Shown: positions 29,418 through 39,325 of the stretch, piece after piece
How positions within the stretch are numbered: the first letter of the stretch is position 1
Layout of the letters: each line of letters begins with the position of its first letter
DNA from: an uncultured virus (IMG/VR IMGVR_UViG_3300025751_000004)
Taxonomy: Duplodnaviria > Heunggongvirae > Uroviricota > Caudoviricetes
Virus record (IMG/VR): IMGVR_UViG_3300025751_000004
DNA: 64,000 nt
Strand: one strand, 5' to 3'
Translations under genes and position numbers: made by a program
The notes under the pieces: generated by a model
The model's database searches: none
Told to the model about the DNA's origin: nothing
The model's input: the letters and a program-made list of their open reading frames with translations, nothing else

Positions 29418-30980
29418 TCAGTAGTAACCGCCTTTGCGTTGCCTAAAGTATCTAGGCTCATCCGGTTCATCTGTAGGCAACCGTATAAACCCGCCCTGTC
29501 TAAACCGCATGAGGGCCATCACTGTAGAGTCAACAAGGTCATCGTGGCTCATAAACGGAAACCCTGCTATCTCCTCAATAACCTCTTCAGCCCAACGCGT
29601 CTGTGGTACCCATACCATACCAGAGGCTATTATGTCAGCTACAGAATTAAGTCTAGCCATCTTATCCCCTGATCCACGGTGCGGGGTGTACTCCTGTACG
29701 GGCAATCCTGTCCTGCGCATCTCCTGATATAGGGCTGCACCAGAACTCTTTTTCTCCACAATGAACGAATCTGGCTCCCAGTCCGCATACTCCTGCATAG
29801 CCAGTGCTTTTAGCTCGGGGAACTCAAGTCTTTCCTTTATGCTATTCAGCAGAATTATGTGATACGCGTTTTCTTCTTCGTTTAAGAAGACGCCCCAAGT
29901 TGTAAGCGCGGTAAAGTCGGCTCTGTTGTGTTTTTCTGCCGCTGCGTCCAAAGACATAATGATATATTCGCAAACAGGTGGGTTTTCGCTTGTCCATTCC
30001 TGCCACCACTCCCTTTTTACTACAGCCGCTTCTTCTGCGGTAGGTTGCTGTTGATACTGAGCGTTCCACTGAAACACAGGCATCGACGCTTTTGTACGCT
30101 CCAACGCCTTCATGTCAAAAAATTCAGGCCAAAGCGGTTTATGTACTACTTTACCGCTCTTTTTACTTTCAATTTCTAGTATAGCGGGAAATTCTACCAC
30201 TTCATACTGGTCTGACAGGTCATTATTGACCATATCACGTGTTACACGACCCGTCAGATCATCCATATGCCATCGTGTCTGAATAATTGCGACCCGACCC
30301 CCCGGCATGAGACGAGTACGAGCACCGAATGTGAACCACTCGTAGGCTTTTTCAAATACCTCAAAGTTTCCGTTGATAACGTCTTGTTCCGAGTGGGGAT
30401 CATCCACTAGAAGGAGGTCAGCACCGCGTCCAGCGAGCGCAGAACCAATACCACAGGCGTAATATTCACCCCCAGAGTTAGTATTCCACCGCCCAGCGGA
30501 CTTACTGTCCTGCGCAAGACGCACGGTAGGGAATATAGCACGATATTCGTCCGACGATATGAGGTTTCTGACCTTTCTACCGAAGTCTACCGCCAAATCT
30601 GTGGTGTGTGACACCATCATAACCTTCTTATCGGGGTTACGACCAAGAAACCAAGCAGGAAAATAAATAGAAACAAGCTGAGATTTGCCATGACGGGGTG
30701 GTATGTTCACACAAATCCGGTCTTTGTCCCCTCTTTCGATACCCATGAGCATGGTTGCTAGGATTTTATGGTGTTTACCTACCAAATAATCAGGCTGCAT
30801 CCGCTTACAAAACTCTATCAAGTCCATATATGCGGCTTTGTTCGCCTTGCGGTTGTTTAGCTCGTCAACCATACGGTCGATTTCTAGGATCTCCTCCTCA
30901 GAAAAAGCGTCTAGGTTGTCAAGAAGGTGGTCAACATCCACATCGTCGAATGTGACAGCCTTATTCATCATCAAATTCAC
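29418..30980 (-). CDS. terL: terminase large subunit
   Basis: Walker A PPRHGKS, Walker B LLLVDDP, IIQTRWH, nuclease SLDAA and HDDLVDS. Confidence 0.95.
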   Translation of the reverse strand: MNLMMNKAVTFDDVDVDHLLDNLDAFSEEEILEIDRMVDELNNRKANKAAYMDLIEFCKRMQPDYLVGKHHKILATMLMGIERGDKDRICVNIPPRHGKSQLVSIYFPAWFLGRNPDKKVMMVSHTTDLAVDFGRKVRNLISSDEYRAIFPTVRLAQDSKSAGRWNTNSGGEYYACGIGSALAGRGADLLLVDDPHSEQDVINGNFEVFEKAYEWFTFGARTRLMPGGRVAIIQTRWHMDDLTGRVTRDMVNNDLSDQYEVVEFPAILEIESKKSGKVVHKPLWPEFFDMKALERTKASMPVFQWNAQYQQQPTAEEAAVVKREWWQEWTSENPPVCEYIIMSLDAAAEKHNRADFTALTTWGVFLNEEENAYHIILLNSIKERLEFPELKALAMQEYADWEPDSFIVEKKSSGAALYQEMRRTGLPVQEYTPHRGSGDKMARLNSVADIIASGMVWVPQTRWAEEVIEEIAGFPFMSHDDLVDSTVMALMRFRQGGFIRLPTDEPDEPRYFRQRKGGYY

Positions 30981-31557
30981 TCATAATTGCATCAACATCT
31001 AGTGGACTATCGTCTAAAACGACTGCATCCTCTATATCTAGCGTTGGATTTGTCAATTTTGTCAGTTTCGCACGCAGCTTTTCCTTAATATCGTCGGTGG
31101 TCTGGTGCGTAATCGTCACTTCAGACTTCTCAGTAAACAAACCCACGTCTGATATTTTACCTAGAAGCTCCAACGCACGCATTCTGGTACGCGGATCAGG
31201 GCTATCAGACTCAATAATCAGCTTGTTCGTAACTAAATGTCGAAGCTGCATAGAAGATTCTACGACAGAGTGATTAAATTCTTTGATTATGGAGTTAGCT
31301 AACTTGATGGACGCAGGAGTAAGCGTAGCAGCACGTTTGTGTGTAACCTGTTTGGAGGTTCCGTCAGGGTCTTGCGCATAAGATGTTAGGAGCGTAGCGG
31401 CTACTTCTTCGTCTAACGCATCAGGTGTAGTGTCTACGCCGTGCTTCTCTAATTTGTTAACTGTATTGTCCAACGCCTCGACGCGTTCAGGAAGATCGAC
31501 GCTTGTTATGCTGTCGTCCAAAGGTATGCCAAGCTCTGGTTCTAAATTCATCGCCAT
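30961..31557 (-). CDS. putative terminase small subunit
   Basis: Immediately upstream of terL; RMRALELLGKISDVGLF motif. Confidence 0.65.
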   Translation of the reverse strand: MAMNLEPELGIPLDDSITSVDLPERVEALDNTVNKLEKHGVDTTPDALDEEVAATLLTSYAQDPDGTSKQVTHKRAATLTPASIKLANSIIKEFNHSVVESSMQLRHLVTNKLIIESDSPDPRTRMRALELLGKISDVGLFTEKSEVTITHQTTDDIKEKLRAKLTKLTNPTLDIEDAVVLDDSPLDVDAIMSEFDDE

Positions 31558-31889
31558 AGTGTGTTCGCAGGTGTTACCCGTATAACGCATTAGGATACAC
31601 AATAAAAAATTTTTTACAAGAGGAGGTTGGGACTCCTATGGGGGGTACTTCGGAAAATCGAAAATTTTACAATTGTTCGTACAAATTAGTAGTGTGTAGT
31701 GTGTAGTGGAATCCTAAGCACATAGCCGGGGGTAGGGGGGTAGTACGGGTCAGGCGCTGGCGATTCGGGCATGTGCCCGAATGATATATTCTGGTTATCT
31801 CTTGTGTAACGTGTCAGGACATGTCATAGCTTGTTTATCGGGACAAGCGAGCCGCTATGGTTTCCGCCGATTAATTGAAAGGACATATC

Positions 31890-32486
31890 ATGTCTTCAAA
31901 CTTCGATATTAAAGCAATCCGCAAAATTGGTTCTGATCTGATTAAGGTTCATCGCCTAGGTGGTGAATTTAAATCCGACGACATCGGAACACTGGCAAGC
32001 GCGCACTCTGGCGAAATGACATCCAGTCAGGCGTATGAGTATCGCATCGCTGAATTAGGTGATAAGCCAGAGAATTGGTTTACGCCTAGTCAGGAAGGCA
32101 GCACTAATGACAAGGCGTCATGGGGTGTTAAGCGCAAACTAGCGACTGTCATATGCCTGACGCCCGATGAGGTGCACCGTATGACAGAGACGGAGGGCAC
32201 GACTAATGACGCGGATAAACTGTTCCGCAAGCAGATGTCTGACAAGATTAGCGACAAGCTAAAGAATATTAGACGCGGTATGATCAATGCGGATCGTCGT
32301 CTTAATCCTGAGAAATATCAGCGCGATGTCGTGAAACGTGACGCACAGGACCGCATCATGGAACACGTCACATCCATTGCCAAGATACTGGCTGATATTG
32401 GCGAAGACGATAATAGCATCTGGGATATACCAGAGACGGTCATTGCACTGCAATCACTTGAGAAACAAGTGAAACGCAAGTCATAA
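31890..32486 (+). CDS. early hypothetical protein
   Basis: ATG at 31890 with GAAAGGA RBS; followed by a terminator. Confidence 0.75.
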   Translation: MSSNFDIKAIRKIGSDLIKVHRLGGEFKSDDIGTLASAHSGEMTSSQAYEYRIAELGDKPENWFTPSQEGSTNDKASWGVKRKLATVICLTPDEVHRMTETEGTTNDADKLFRKQMSDKISDKLKNIRRGMINADRRLNPEKYQRDVVKRDAQDRIMEHVTSIAKILADIGEDDNSIWDIPETVIALQSLEKQVKRKS

Positions 32487-32501
32487 CACACTACACCACA
32501 C

Positions 32502-32530
32502 TGGGTCGCCTTTTGGCGGCCCATTTTTTT
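32502..32530 (+). terminator. intrinsic terminator
   Basis: TGGGTCGCC-TTTT-GGCGGCCCA followed by T7. Confidence 0.8.
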
Positions 32531-32714
32531 ATGTCTAATGAAATGATAGTTTAGCTTCGGGCAGATGCCCGAATGAAATTTGATACCAGTTCCTGAGTTG
32601 CGTAGAGCCTCAGTGTAAATGTGAGTTACACTTTGATACCAGTTCCCGAGTTGCGCCGAGCCTTGGCAGTTTGTGATAGTTATTCGGGCAGATGCCCGAT
32701 TGAAGAACACATGC

Positions 32715-32975
32715 TAACCTATTGAAAACAAAGGAATGTGAGAAATGGTGGCATAAAGTGAGAGTTTTTTTTCGCATAAGTGCTTGATTTTAAAGGAATA
32801 TGAGAATCTGAGAGTTTTTTTAATGTATATAGATAGATTTTTTTAAGAGGGTAAGAGAGGGTCTGAGCGTATGTTTCACCCCAAAAAATCCTGACCTATA
32901 CCCCTCTCATATTCTCATTTTCTCATATTCCTTTATTTTCAATGACTTACACACCACCACATTCTCATATTTACT
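32715..32975. other. candidate replication origin / nucleoprotein site (AT-rich, 24-bp inverted repeats, IHF-like sites)
   Basis: ATTGAAAACAAAGGAATGTGAGAA (32721) vs an inverted copy at 32920-32943; WATCAANNNNTTR match at 32777-32789. Confidence 0.5.
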
Positions 32976-33018
32976 TAGATTTCACCATATGACACTTTGT
33001 GATACTTTGTACGATTTC

Positions 33019-33047
33019 TTGACATAAGGCGTTACATGTGATATACA
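33019..33047 (+). promoter_or_regulatory. sigma70-type early promoter
   Basis: TTGACA-17 nt-TATACA with extended -10 TG. Confidence 0.7.
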
Positions 33048-33129
33048 TAAGATAGGTACTAACACTACCTAACACCACATATTACTGTTAACCATTCGGG
33101 CACATGCCCGATCCAACACGGAGAATATC

Positions 33130-33336
33130 ATGCCTAAAAAAGCTTCCTGTTACTCATGTGGTAACGATTACAACTATCGCCGCAAGATGCTCGGCTACAA
33201 CTATTGCCTCGACTGTGGTGATGTACGCGCAGAGCGCCAACGTGACACGTGGTGTATCGTCCCAATGCCCAAACAGGCATACACGCTCGTAACCCGCAAG
33301 GCTGACTTGCTGCACCTCAACCAGAAAACACGTTAA
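33130..33336 (+). CDS. small zinc-finger protein
   Basis: CYSC...CLDC, GGAG RBS. Confidence 0.75.
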   Translation: MPKKASCYSCGNDYNYRRKMLGYNYCLDCGDVRAERQRDTWCIVPMPKQAYTLVTRKADLLHLNQKTR

Positions 33337-33384
33337 CCCATTCGGGCATCTGCCCGATTAACAATCAGACGAAAGGAGAACCAA

Positions 33385-34263
33385 ATGTCTGTACCATCTC
33401 TATCATCCTCTGCCATGCTCGTTCAGTTTGGCGTAACCATCCCGACATTCCGCAGGGGTGACCGCATTGCCACTGAGGAAGTGGCTGCTAACAACGGCGC
33501 TGATAAACGGCGCTTCAACCTGACCAAATCATTGATCGACTGTGCCGAGTTCAAACAGCTCAAGACACATGTCGGTGATGTGCGTAACAACACGTACTAC
33601 GCCAAGACCCAACCTTGGTATGACAAAGGTGCGCGGTTGCTAACGACTGCAAACTACTTCGACTTCCATGAGAGAATGACCTACGCCATCGACCAAGGTA
33701 AAGACCTGTGGGACATATTCTTGAATGTGTACGAGTACCAACGTGACGTAGTTGCACGTAGGGAGTTAGGTGATCTGTGGGACTTGGAGCAGTATCCGAC
33801 CATGACCGAGTTACAGACCCAAGGGTTCAACATGTGGCTCGAATACTCCAACGTACCAGAAGCAGGTGACGTGCGCGTGGATCTGCCCAATGAAGCGGTC
33901 AACCTCATAAAGTCTCAGATGCAAGACGCACATGACGCACGGGTTCAGGGCGCGATGAATGATCTGTGGCATCAGTTACACGATCAGTTGCAGCGGTTCA
34001 TCAAGAACCTGTCAGTGGATGAAACAACAGGCAAGAAAGGTAAAATCAGCGACGGGATCTTTGACCGTCTTATGGATCTGGTTGACATGTTACACACATG
34101 CAACATCACAGGTGACCCGCAGATGGATGCGATGCGGCGTAAACTGTCGGCAACGCTGGATACTGTGTCAACAGATGCTATCCGCAACAGTCCGACACTG
34201 CGTGACAATACACGTAACAAACTAACCGAGGCACTGAACAGCCTCCCATCTTTAGACATATAA
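33385..34263 (+). CDS. conserved phage protein (DUF3150-like) preceding the AAA/VWA pair
   Basis: 292 aa, T.PW.DKGARLL motif; GAAAGGAG RBS; family assigned from memory. Confidence 0.6.
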   Translation: MSVPSLSSSAMLVQFGVTIPTFRRGDRIATEEVAANNGADKRRFNLTKSLIDCAEFKQLKTHVGDVRNNTYYAKTQPWYDKGARLLTTANYFDFHERMTYAIDQGKDLWDIFLNVYEYQRDVVARRELGDLWDLEQYPTMTELQTQGFNMWLEYSNVPEAGDVRVDLPNEAVNLIKSQMQDAHDARVQGAMNDLWHQLHDQLQRFIKNLSVDETTGKKGKISDGIFDRLMDLVDMLHTCNITGDPQMDAMRRKLSATLDTVSTDAIRNSPTLRDNTRNKLTEALNSLPSLDI

Positions 34264-34291
34264 TCGGGCAGATGCCCGAAAGGAGAATGAC

Positions 34292-35386
34292 ATGAATAAC
34301 GCAAGACAAATGTACGCACTCGACATCTACGATACAGCCGAATTGATCAGCATGATCGGCTCAGACCAGACCGTGATTGCTGTCGGTGACATGGGCAGCG
34401 GCAAGTCCGCAATGCTCAAGATGGTGACTGACTTGTTACCTACACACAAAGGCTATTACTTCGACTGTACCACCAAGGTCGATGCAGGTGACATGGCACT
34501 GCCCAAGTTCAGCGAGGTTGATGGCAATGACTTCTTCAACCACGTAACTACTCAGGAGTTGGGTTTCCATGAGGAAGGGCCAATCGTGTTGATGCTCGAC
34601 GAGATTGGTAAGAACCGCTCAATTATCAATGCGCTCAACCGCATCATGTACGAGAAAAAGTTCGGCCCATACACGCTACACCCTGACAGCATTGTGTTTG
34701 CTACCACTAACAAAGCAGGTGAGGGACTGGGTGACATCTTGCAGCCGCACCAGCGTAACCGTGTGACCATCGTCAACATGAAGAAACTGGAAGCACTGAA
34801 GTGGATCGAATGGGGTCTGGACAATGACATTGATCCTGTCCTGTTGGGTTGGGTCAAAGACAATCCGCAAGTGGCTCAAACATTTGACGAGGTTGGTGAT
34901 CCGCAAGAAAACATGATGATATTTCATCCCAAAGATCCGTCACGCCAATCGTTCTGGACATGGCGCTCTGGTGAAGCCGCGTCGAAGATACTCAAACAGC
35001 GAGCGAACATGAGCAATCACATGCTGACTGCCGCATTGATAGGTACTATCGGCGAACAAGCCGCGCTCCAGCTAATGTCTTTTGTGTCTATGGCTAACGA
35101 GTTACCTACATTGGAGAGTATCAAACGTGATCCTGCCAATGCGCCTGTGCCTACCTCTGCTGCTGCTAAGTGTATGGTTGTGTATCGCACGTTAAGTACA
35201 TTGGAGCGTGATTGGGTTGACGCATGGATGACATACATGGAGCGGCTCGACAAAGAGGCGCAAGGTTTGTTTGCCAATGGGGTGCGCTCAAAACAGTACA
35301 GCAAACAGCCTATCGTGTTCCAGAACACCAAGTTCACCAACTGGGCCAAAGACAATGGCTACATGTTCCAAGCGGATAAGAAGTAA
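34292..35386 (+). CDS. MoxR/dynein-related AAA+ ATPase
   Basis: Walker A GDMGSGKS, Walker B LMLDE, sensor ATTN. Confidence 0.85.
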   Translation: MNNARQMYALDIYDTAELISMIGSDQTVIAVGDMGSGKSAMLKMVTDLLPTHKGYYFDCTTKVDAGDMALPKFSEVDGNDFFNHVTTQELGFHEEGPIVLMLDEIGKNRSIINALNRIMYEKKFGPYTLHPDSIVFATTNKAGEGLGDILQPHQRNRVTIVNMKKLEALKWIEWGLDNDIDPVLLGWVKDNPQVAQTFDEVGDPQENMMIFHPKDPSRQSFWTWRSGEAASKILKQRANMSNHMLTAALIGTIGEQAALQLMSFVSMANELPTLESIKRDPANAPVPTSAAAKCMVVYRTLSTLERDWVDAWMTYMERLDKEAQGLFANGVRSKQYSKQPIVFQNTKFTNWAKDNGYMFQADKK

Positions 35387-35568
35387 TGGCTGACTGGTTC
35401 CTGATAAAAGAAAGCAACGGCCTTGAGTTCTTTGAGCCATTCGAGAACAGGGCTAAAGCGATAGAAAGCGCAGCAAAGTGGGATGCCGAAGTAATTCGGC
35501 AAGCCACAATCGTAGAAACAGAGGCATTGGATAACGGTGATGCCGAATGGATAAAGGAGAACAACTAA
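35386..35568 (+). CDS. hypothetical protein
   Basis: 60 aa, TAATG coupling at both ends. Confidence 0.6.
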   Translation: MADWFLIKESNGLEFFEPFENRAKAIESAAKWDAEVIRQATIVETEALDNGDAEWIKENN

Positions 35569-36836
35569 TGTTTGTGACTAACATGACAGTAGAAGAACGT
35601 CTGTCGAGAGCGGTGGTTGCGTGGATGCAGCGTGAGCCATCACTGTCGGGCGTGCTGATGGTGGGTAATAGGTCTGTGTCTAACGAGATACCCACAGCGG
35701 CAACCAATGGGCGCGACGAGTGGTATAACCGCGAGTTCATGGATGCGTTGAATGATGCGATGGTTCGGTTCGTCGTGATACATGAGGTGTATCACAAGAT
35801 GTATCGTCACCCGACTACGTGGGCGCACTTGGCTAAGATATGCAGACGCACAGCCAACATTGCGATGGACTATGTGATCAACCACAAGATTATGAAAGCC
35901 TACGGCGCAGATGGATTTGTCCAGATGCCCGAGAACATAACGTATGGTGACGGTCAGTATTTCCAGAAATGTTTCTATGACGATAAGTATGAGGACTGGG
36001 ACACAGCCAAAGTGTTCTGGGACATATATAACGAGTCAGGTGGTGAGGGTGAAGGTGGCCCCGGCCCGGGAAGACAGTCACCAAACGGTGAAACAGGTTC
36101 GGGCATGTGCCCGAATGGTGGCCTGTTCGACGAGATCGACTTCGATGGTGCAGAGGAACTCACACGTGAGGAACAGCAAGAGTTGGAGCGCGAGATCGAC
36201 GAGGCATTACGCCAAGGTGCGTTGGCTGCGGGTAAGATGGGTAGCGGTGGCAACCGTGATGTAGATGAACTGTTGGAACCCAAGATAAACTGGCGCGAGG
36301 CATTGCGTCAGTGGGCAACCGCAACATGCGCGGGAACTGGTATCAGTACATGGCGCACACCTAACAGACGATACCTAGCAGGGGGGTATTACATGCCAAG
36401 CCAAATCAGTGATGCCCTACCATCCGTGCATTGCAGCAATGATATGTCTGGCTCTATCGGCGATGTCGAGGCGAAGATTATGGTGACAGAGACGGTGAAT
36501 GTATGTGAGAGTGTATTTCCTGACACGTTACACATAACATACTGGGATACCGAGGTGTGTGGGTACGAGAGGTACGAACGTGAGGAACTCGACACCGTGG
36601 TTGACCGCACAAATCCTGTGGGTGGTGGGGGAACTGACCCGACTGTCGTGCCTAAGTATCTCAAAGAGCATGGCATCAAACCAACCGCAAGCATTGTCCT
36701 GACAGATGGCTACATCTGGGGCGAGTGGGGTGACTGGGATCACCCTGTGCTATGGGTAATCATAGACAACAAGAACGCCACACCACCATGTGGTTCTGTA
36801 ATACATGTTAAGAGAGAGGACTTTATCAATGGCTGA
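35568..36836 (+). CDS. HExxH metallopeptidase plus VWA domain protein (DUF2201-like)
   Basis: PTAATNG, HEVYH, NIAMDYVIN; MIDAS DMSGS, GGGGTD, LTDG. Confidence 0.85.
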   Translation: MFVTNMTVEERLSRAVVAWMQREPSLSGVLMVGNRSVSNEIPTAATNGRDEWYNREFMDALNDAMVRFVVIHEVYHKMYRHPTTWAHLAKICRRTANIAMDYVINHKIMKAYGADGFVQMPENITYGDGQYFQKCFYDDKYEDWDTAKVFWDIYNESGGEGEGGPGPGRQSPNGETGSGMCPNGGLFDEIDFDGAEELTREEQQELEREIDEALRQGALAAGKMGSGGNRDVDELLEPKINWREALRQWATATCAGTGISTWRTPNRRYLAGGYYMPSQISDALPSVHCSNDMSGSIGDVEAKIMVTETVNVCESVFPDTLHITYWDTEVCGYERYEREELDTVVDRTNPVGGGGTDPTVVPKYLKEHGIKPTASIVLTDGYIWGEWGDWDHPVLWVIIDNKNATPPCGSVIHVKREDFING

Positions 36837-37122
36837 TAAGCAAAAGAAAATGTGTGAGGTTTTCATATCTGCTTCTATGGATGACGGAGTAGGTTGTGGG
36901 CTGGAGTTTACCAAAGCGTTCATGGAAATGCCCGACGAGTTTAAGAAGGTGATCATTTACGCAATGTTGGAAACCATGCGGTCATACCAAGAGGAAGTGT
37001 TCGAAGAGTTAGGTGGCAAAGAGGTGCATTTGGTTGACGCCGAGGAGGTAGACCAAGCTACCGAGGATGCTTCTAACTTCTTAGAGCGTTGCGTCAAAGA
37101 GCATGGGGGACGGCTACATTGA
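36829..37122 (+). CDS. hypothetical protein
   Basis: Start MADKQ at 36829 with GAGG RBS. Confidence 0.6.
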   Translation: MADKQKKMCEVFISASMDDGVGCGLEFTKAFMEMPDEFKKVIIYAMLETMRSYQEEVFEELGGKEVHLVDAEEVDQATEDASNFLERCVKEHGGRLH

Positions 37123-37403
37123 AACACGACAAGGATATAGACGACTTGATGGAACACGATGGAGACGAAACCGCCACGGTGCGTTGTACATCTTCCCACC
37201 ACGGTGATTTTGTTGAACACATCTTTAAGTTTGACGCATGGGAGTACCCTGATCCGCACCCTGACTTCTTCCCTATCCATATGAGGATAATGATGCAGAT
37301 GAAGTACGAGGGTGAACCAACAAACTTTGCGATGGCGACTACTTACGACAAAAGCCAAATCGAAAAACTACACGCTATGCTGGGAAGGGTACTGTCCAAA
37401 TGA
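37119..37403 (+). CDS. hypothetical protein
   Basis: Coupled ORF; start uncertain. Confidence 0.5.
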   Translation: MKHDKDIDDLMEHDGDETATVRCTSSHHGDFVEHIFKFDAWEYPDPHPDFFPIHMRIMMQMKYEGEPTNFAMATTYDKSQIEKLHAMLGRVLSK

Positions 37404-37501
37404 AACATGAGAAACCAACGTGGGAAGACCGTGCGATCTTCTGGATCACTGTCGCTCTTGCGGCACTCGCAGTAATACTTGTGAAGGTGGGTATCTTATG
37501 A
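37400..37501 (+). CDS. 33-aa single-TM peptide (not in ORF track)
   Basis: MKHEKPTWEDRAIFWITVALAALAVILVKVGIL; ATGA coupling on both sides. Confidence 0.55.
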   Translation: MKHEKPTWEDRAIFWITVALAALAVILVKVGIL

Positions 37502-37770
37502 TTGAGTTTTTCACCATCCTGTTCATAGATTATGAGGTGCCTGAGTACGGCGCAGCACCAATGGCAAGTGTGGTTTACGCAACCGAAGACCACTGCCAAC
37601 AAGCAATGGATGGGGGCTTAGTTGATCCCATCTATGACCATCTAGTTAAGCTGTATGGTAACGATATAATGATGTTCTGTTACGTTACAGATACAGTCTC
37701 GAAATCACTAAGGCCAAAGGCCAGACCAGTAATCGGGCAGATGCCCGAACCAAAAAAGGAGAGCAGCTAA
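37498..37770 (+). CDS. hypothetical protein
   Basis: Start MIEFFTIL; C-terminal SLRPKARP. Confidence 0.6.
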   Translation: MIEFFTILFIDYEVPEYGAAPMASVVYATEDHCQQAMDGGLVDPIYDHLVKLYGNDIMMFCYVTDTVSKSLRPKARPVIGQMPEPKKESS

Positions 37771-38711
37771 TGACTTTCAGTAATGCAGACCACTTTCCGG
37801 TACGTAACTTTAAACCTGAGCATGACGTGCTTATGGCAGAATGGATAAACAACCCGAACCGCCAAAGTCAAAATTCTATCGTTGCCCATGAGTATGCTAA
37901 ACTTGTTTGTAAGGAAATACGGGGCACGTCACTCTCAATGCGTAGCCATAACTCCTTCTACATATACCGCGAGGGTGATCCGTATGCGATGGGTTGGGTT
38001 GGCTATGCCGACTATACGACCACAGGGACCAAGCGTGATCCAATGTTTGGCGTGTATTCACCGCACCATAAGAACTGTCGGTATGCCACCTACAATGACC
38101 AACATTACATGGCGATCAAGAAAGACCGTGCGAAAGCTATTGCTGCAGCTAAGTCGTTACTCAGAAGCTACACAGTGGAGGAAGCGGCTGCTGTGTCTAA
38201 CAGGGAAGTTGCCAACCACGTTTGCGATGTGCAAAGCGAAGCCGCTAAAGATGTACGCAAAAAAGCACAGAGACTTGATCTGGATGTTAGCTACAAAATG
38301 GAGCGGCCTTTGTTACATGACGAACTCGCCCACTTGGTCAACACAGGACATACCTTCCTTAACCCTGAGTTATCAGGACAAATCAAGGAATACTTGGATG
38401 CGTTTGACCTGCACATAAAACGGAACGCCACTACAATACCTATGCTTTATGTGGACGAGGTTAAAGACCGTTTCGGTGATACGTTATACAGAGCAATTAT
38501 AGTTGAGAACGCCCGTCACTTTCGTCCTTGTCCGTACAATGACATGGGCCTACCAAACATATACTTGCGAGAGGACATACCTGATTGGGTCGTATCCCGT
38601 GTTAGCGCGTTACAGCTAGTGGATGATGGTAGCTATGTCGAAGGTGTAGGTTACAAACACTGTGCCACCGCATACACAATCCACATTGACGAGGACAACC
38701 CCTTTGTCTGA
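37770..38711 (+). CDS. hypothetical protein
   Basis: 313 aa, AAGGAG RBS. Confidence 0.75.
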   Translation: MTFSNADHFPVRNFKPEHDVLMAEWINNPNRQSQNSIVAHEYAKLVCKEIRGTSLSMRSHNSFYIYREGDPYAMGWVGYADYTTTGTKRDPMFGVYSPHHKNCRYATYNDQHYMAIKKDRAKAIAAAKSLLRSYTVEEAAAVSNREVANHVCDVQSEAAKDVRKKAQRLDLDVSYKMERPLLHDELAHLVNTGHTFLNPELSGQIKEYLDAFDLHIKRNATTIPMLYVDEVKDRFGDTLYRAIIVENARHFRPCPYNDMGLPNIYLREDIPDWVVSRVSALQLVDDGSYVEGVGYKHCATAYTIHIDEDNPFV

Positions 38712-39045
38712 CGCGAGATATGAGTGTTGGAAAGCAGCAGTGCGTTATGAGAATGGATTTAGTGTGAACTCAAAAACAGCAGAAGGCGTGTTCTCCCATG
38801 ACATTGCGTGTCGCGTACAGATACGTCCTACATCGGGATACATCCAAGTGAAATGTCTTAAAGGAATAACACTTGACAACGATAAACTGTGTAACTATAT
38901 GTCACTTAATGACACCCCAGATTGGATAAAAGAAAGGGTATACGCACTGTCTGTATTAGAACCAGACGAAAACCACGTGATAGCAGATGTGGGTGCGCGT
39001 ACTTCAGAAGAAACATTCTGGGTATTTAAAAACGAAAGGAGGTAA
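38662..39045 (+). CDS. hypothetical protein (C-terminus resembles the P.W...R..AL end of the preceding gene)
   Basis: Start uncertain, probably downstream of 38662. Confidence 0.5.
   Translation: MPPHTQSTLTRTTPLSDARYECWKAAVRYENGFSVNSKTAEGVFSHDIACRVQIRPTSGYIQVKCLKGITLDNDKLCNYMSLNDTPDWIKERVYALSVLEPDENHVIADVGARTSEETFWVFKNERR
38873..38901 (+). promoter_or_regulatory. candidate sigma70 promoter upstream of the VRR-NUC/RAMP cassette
   Basis: TTGACA-17 nt-TATATG. Confidence 0.45.
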
Positions 39046-39046
39046 C

Positions 39047-39325
39047 GTGACACCCGAGGCGAAAGTAAAGAAGAAAGTTGTAGCGATACTAAAACAACAC
39101 GGTGCATATTTCTTTTACCCTGTGACAGGCGGCTATGGGCGCAGTGGTGTGCCTGACATAATCATCTGTCACAAGGGACGCTTCATCGGGATAGAATGTA
39201 AAGCGGGTAATAATAAACCCACGCCACTACAAGAACAAAACTTGAATGCAATTCAAGCAGCAGGTGGCACATCACTTGTTATCAATGAGGATAACATATC
39301 AACCGTAGAGGAAACTCTACAATAA
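39047..39325 (+). CDS. VRR-NUC family nuclease (Holliday junction resolvase-like)
   Basis: GTG start with GAAAGGAGG RBS; PE..VK, GVPDII, GIECKA, PTPLQ motifs. Confidence 0.85.
   Translation: MTPEAKVKKKVVAILKQHGAYFFYPVTGGYGRSGVPDIIICHKGRFIGIECKAGNNKPTPLQEQNLNAIQAAGGTSLVINEDNISTVEETLQ

Noticed and set aside
32579..32663. Two 32-nt direct repeats with a 21-nt spacer as a mini-CRISPR
   Set aside because: Only two imperfect copies, a short spacer, and the core motif is dispersed elsewhere including inside genes
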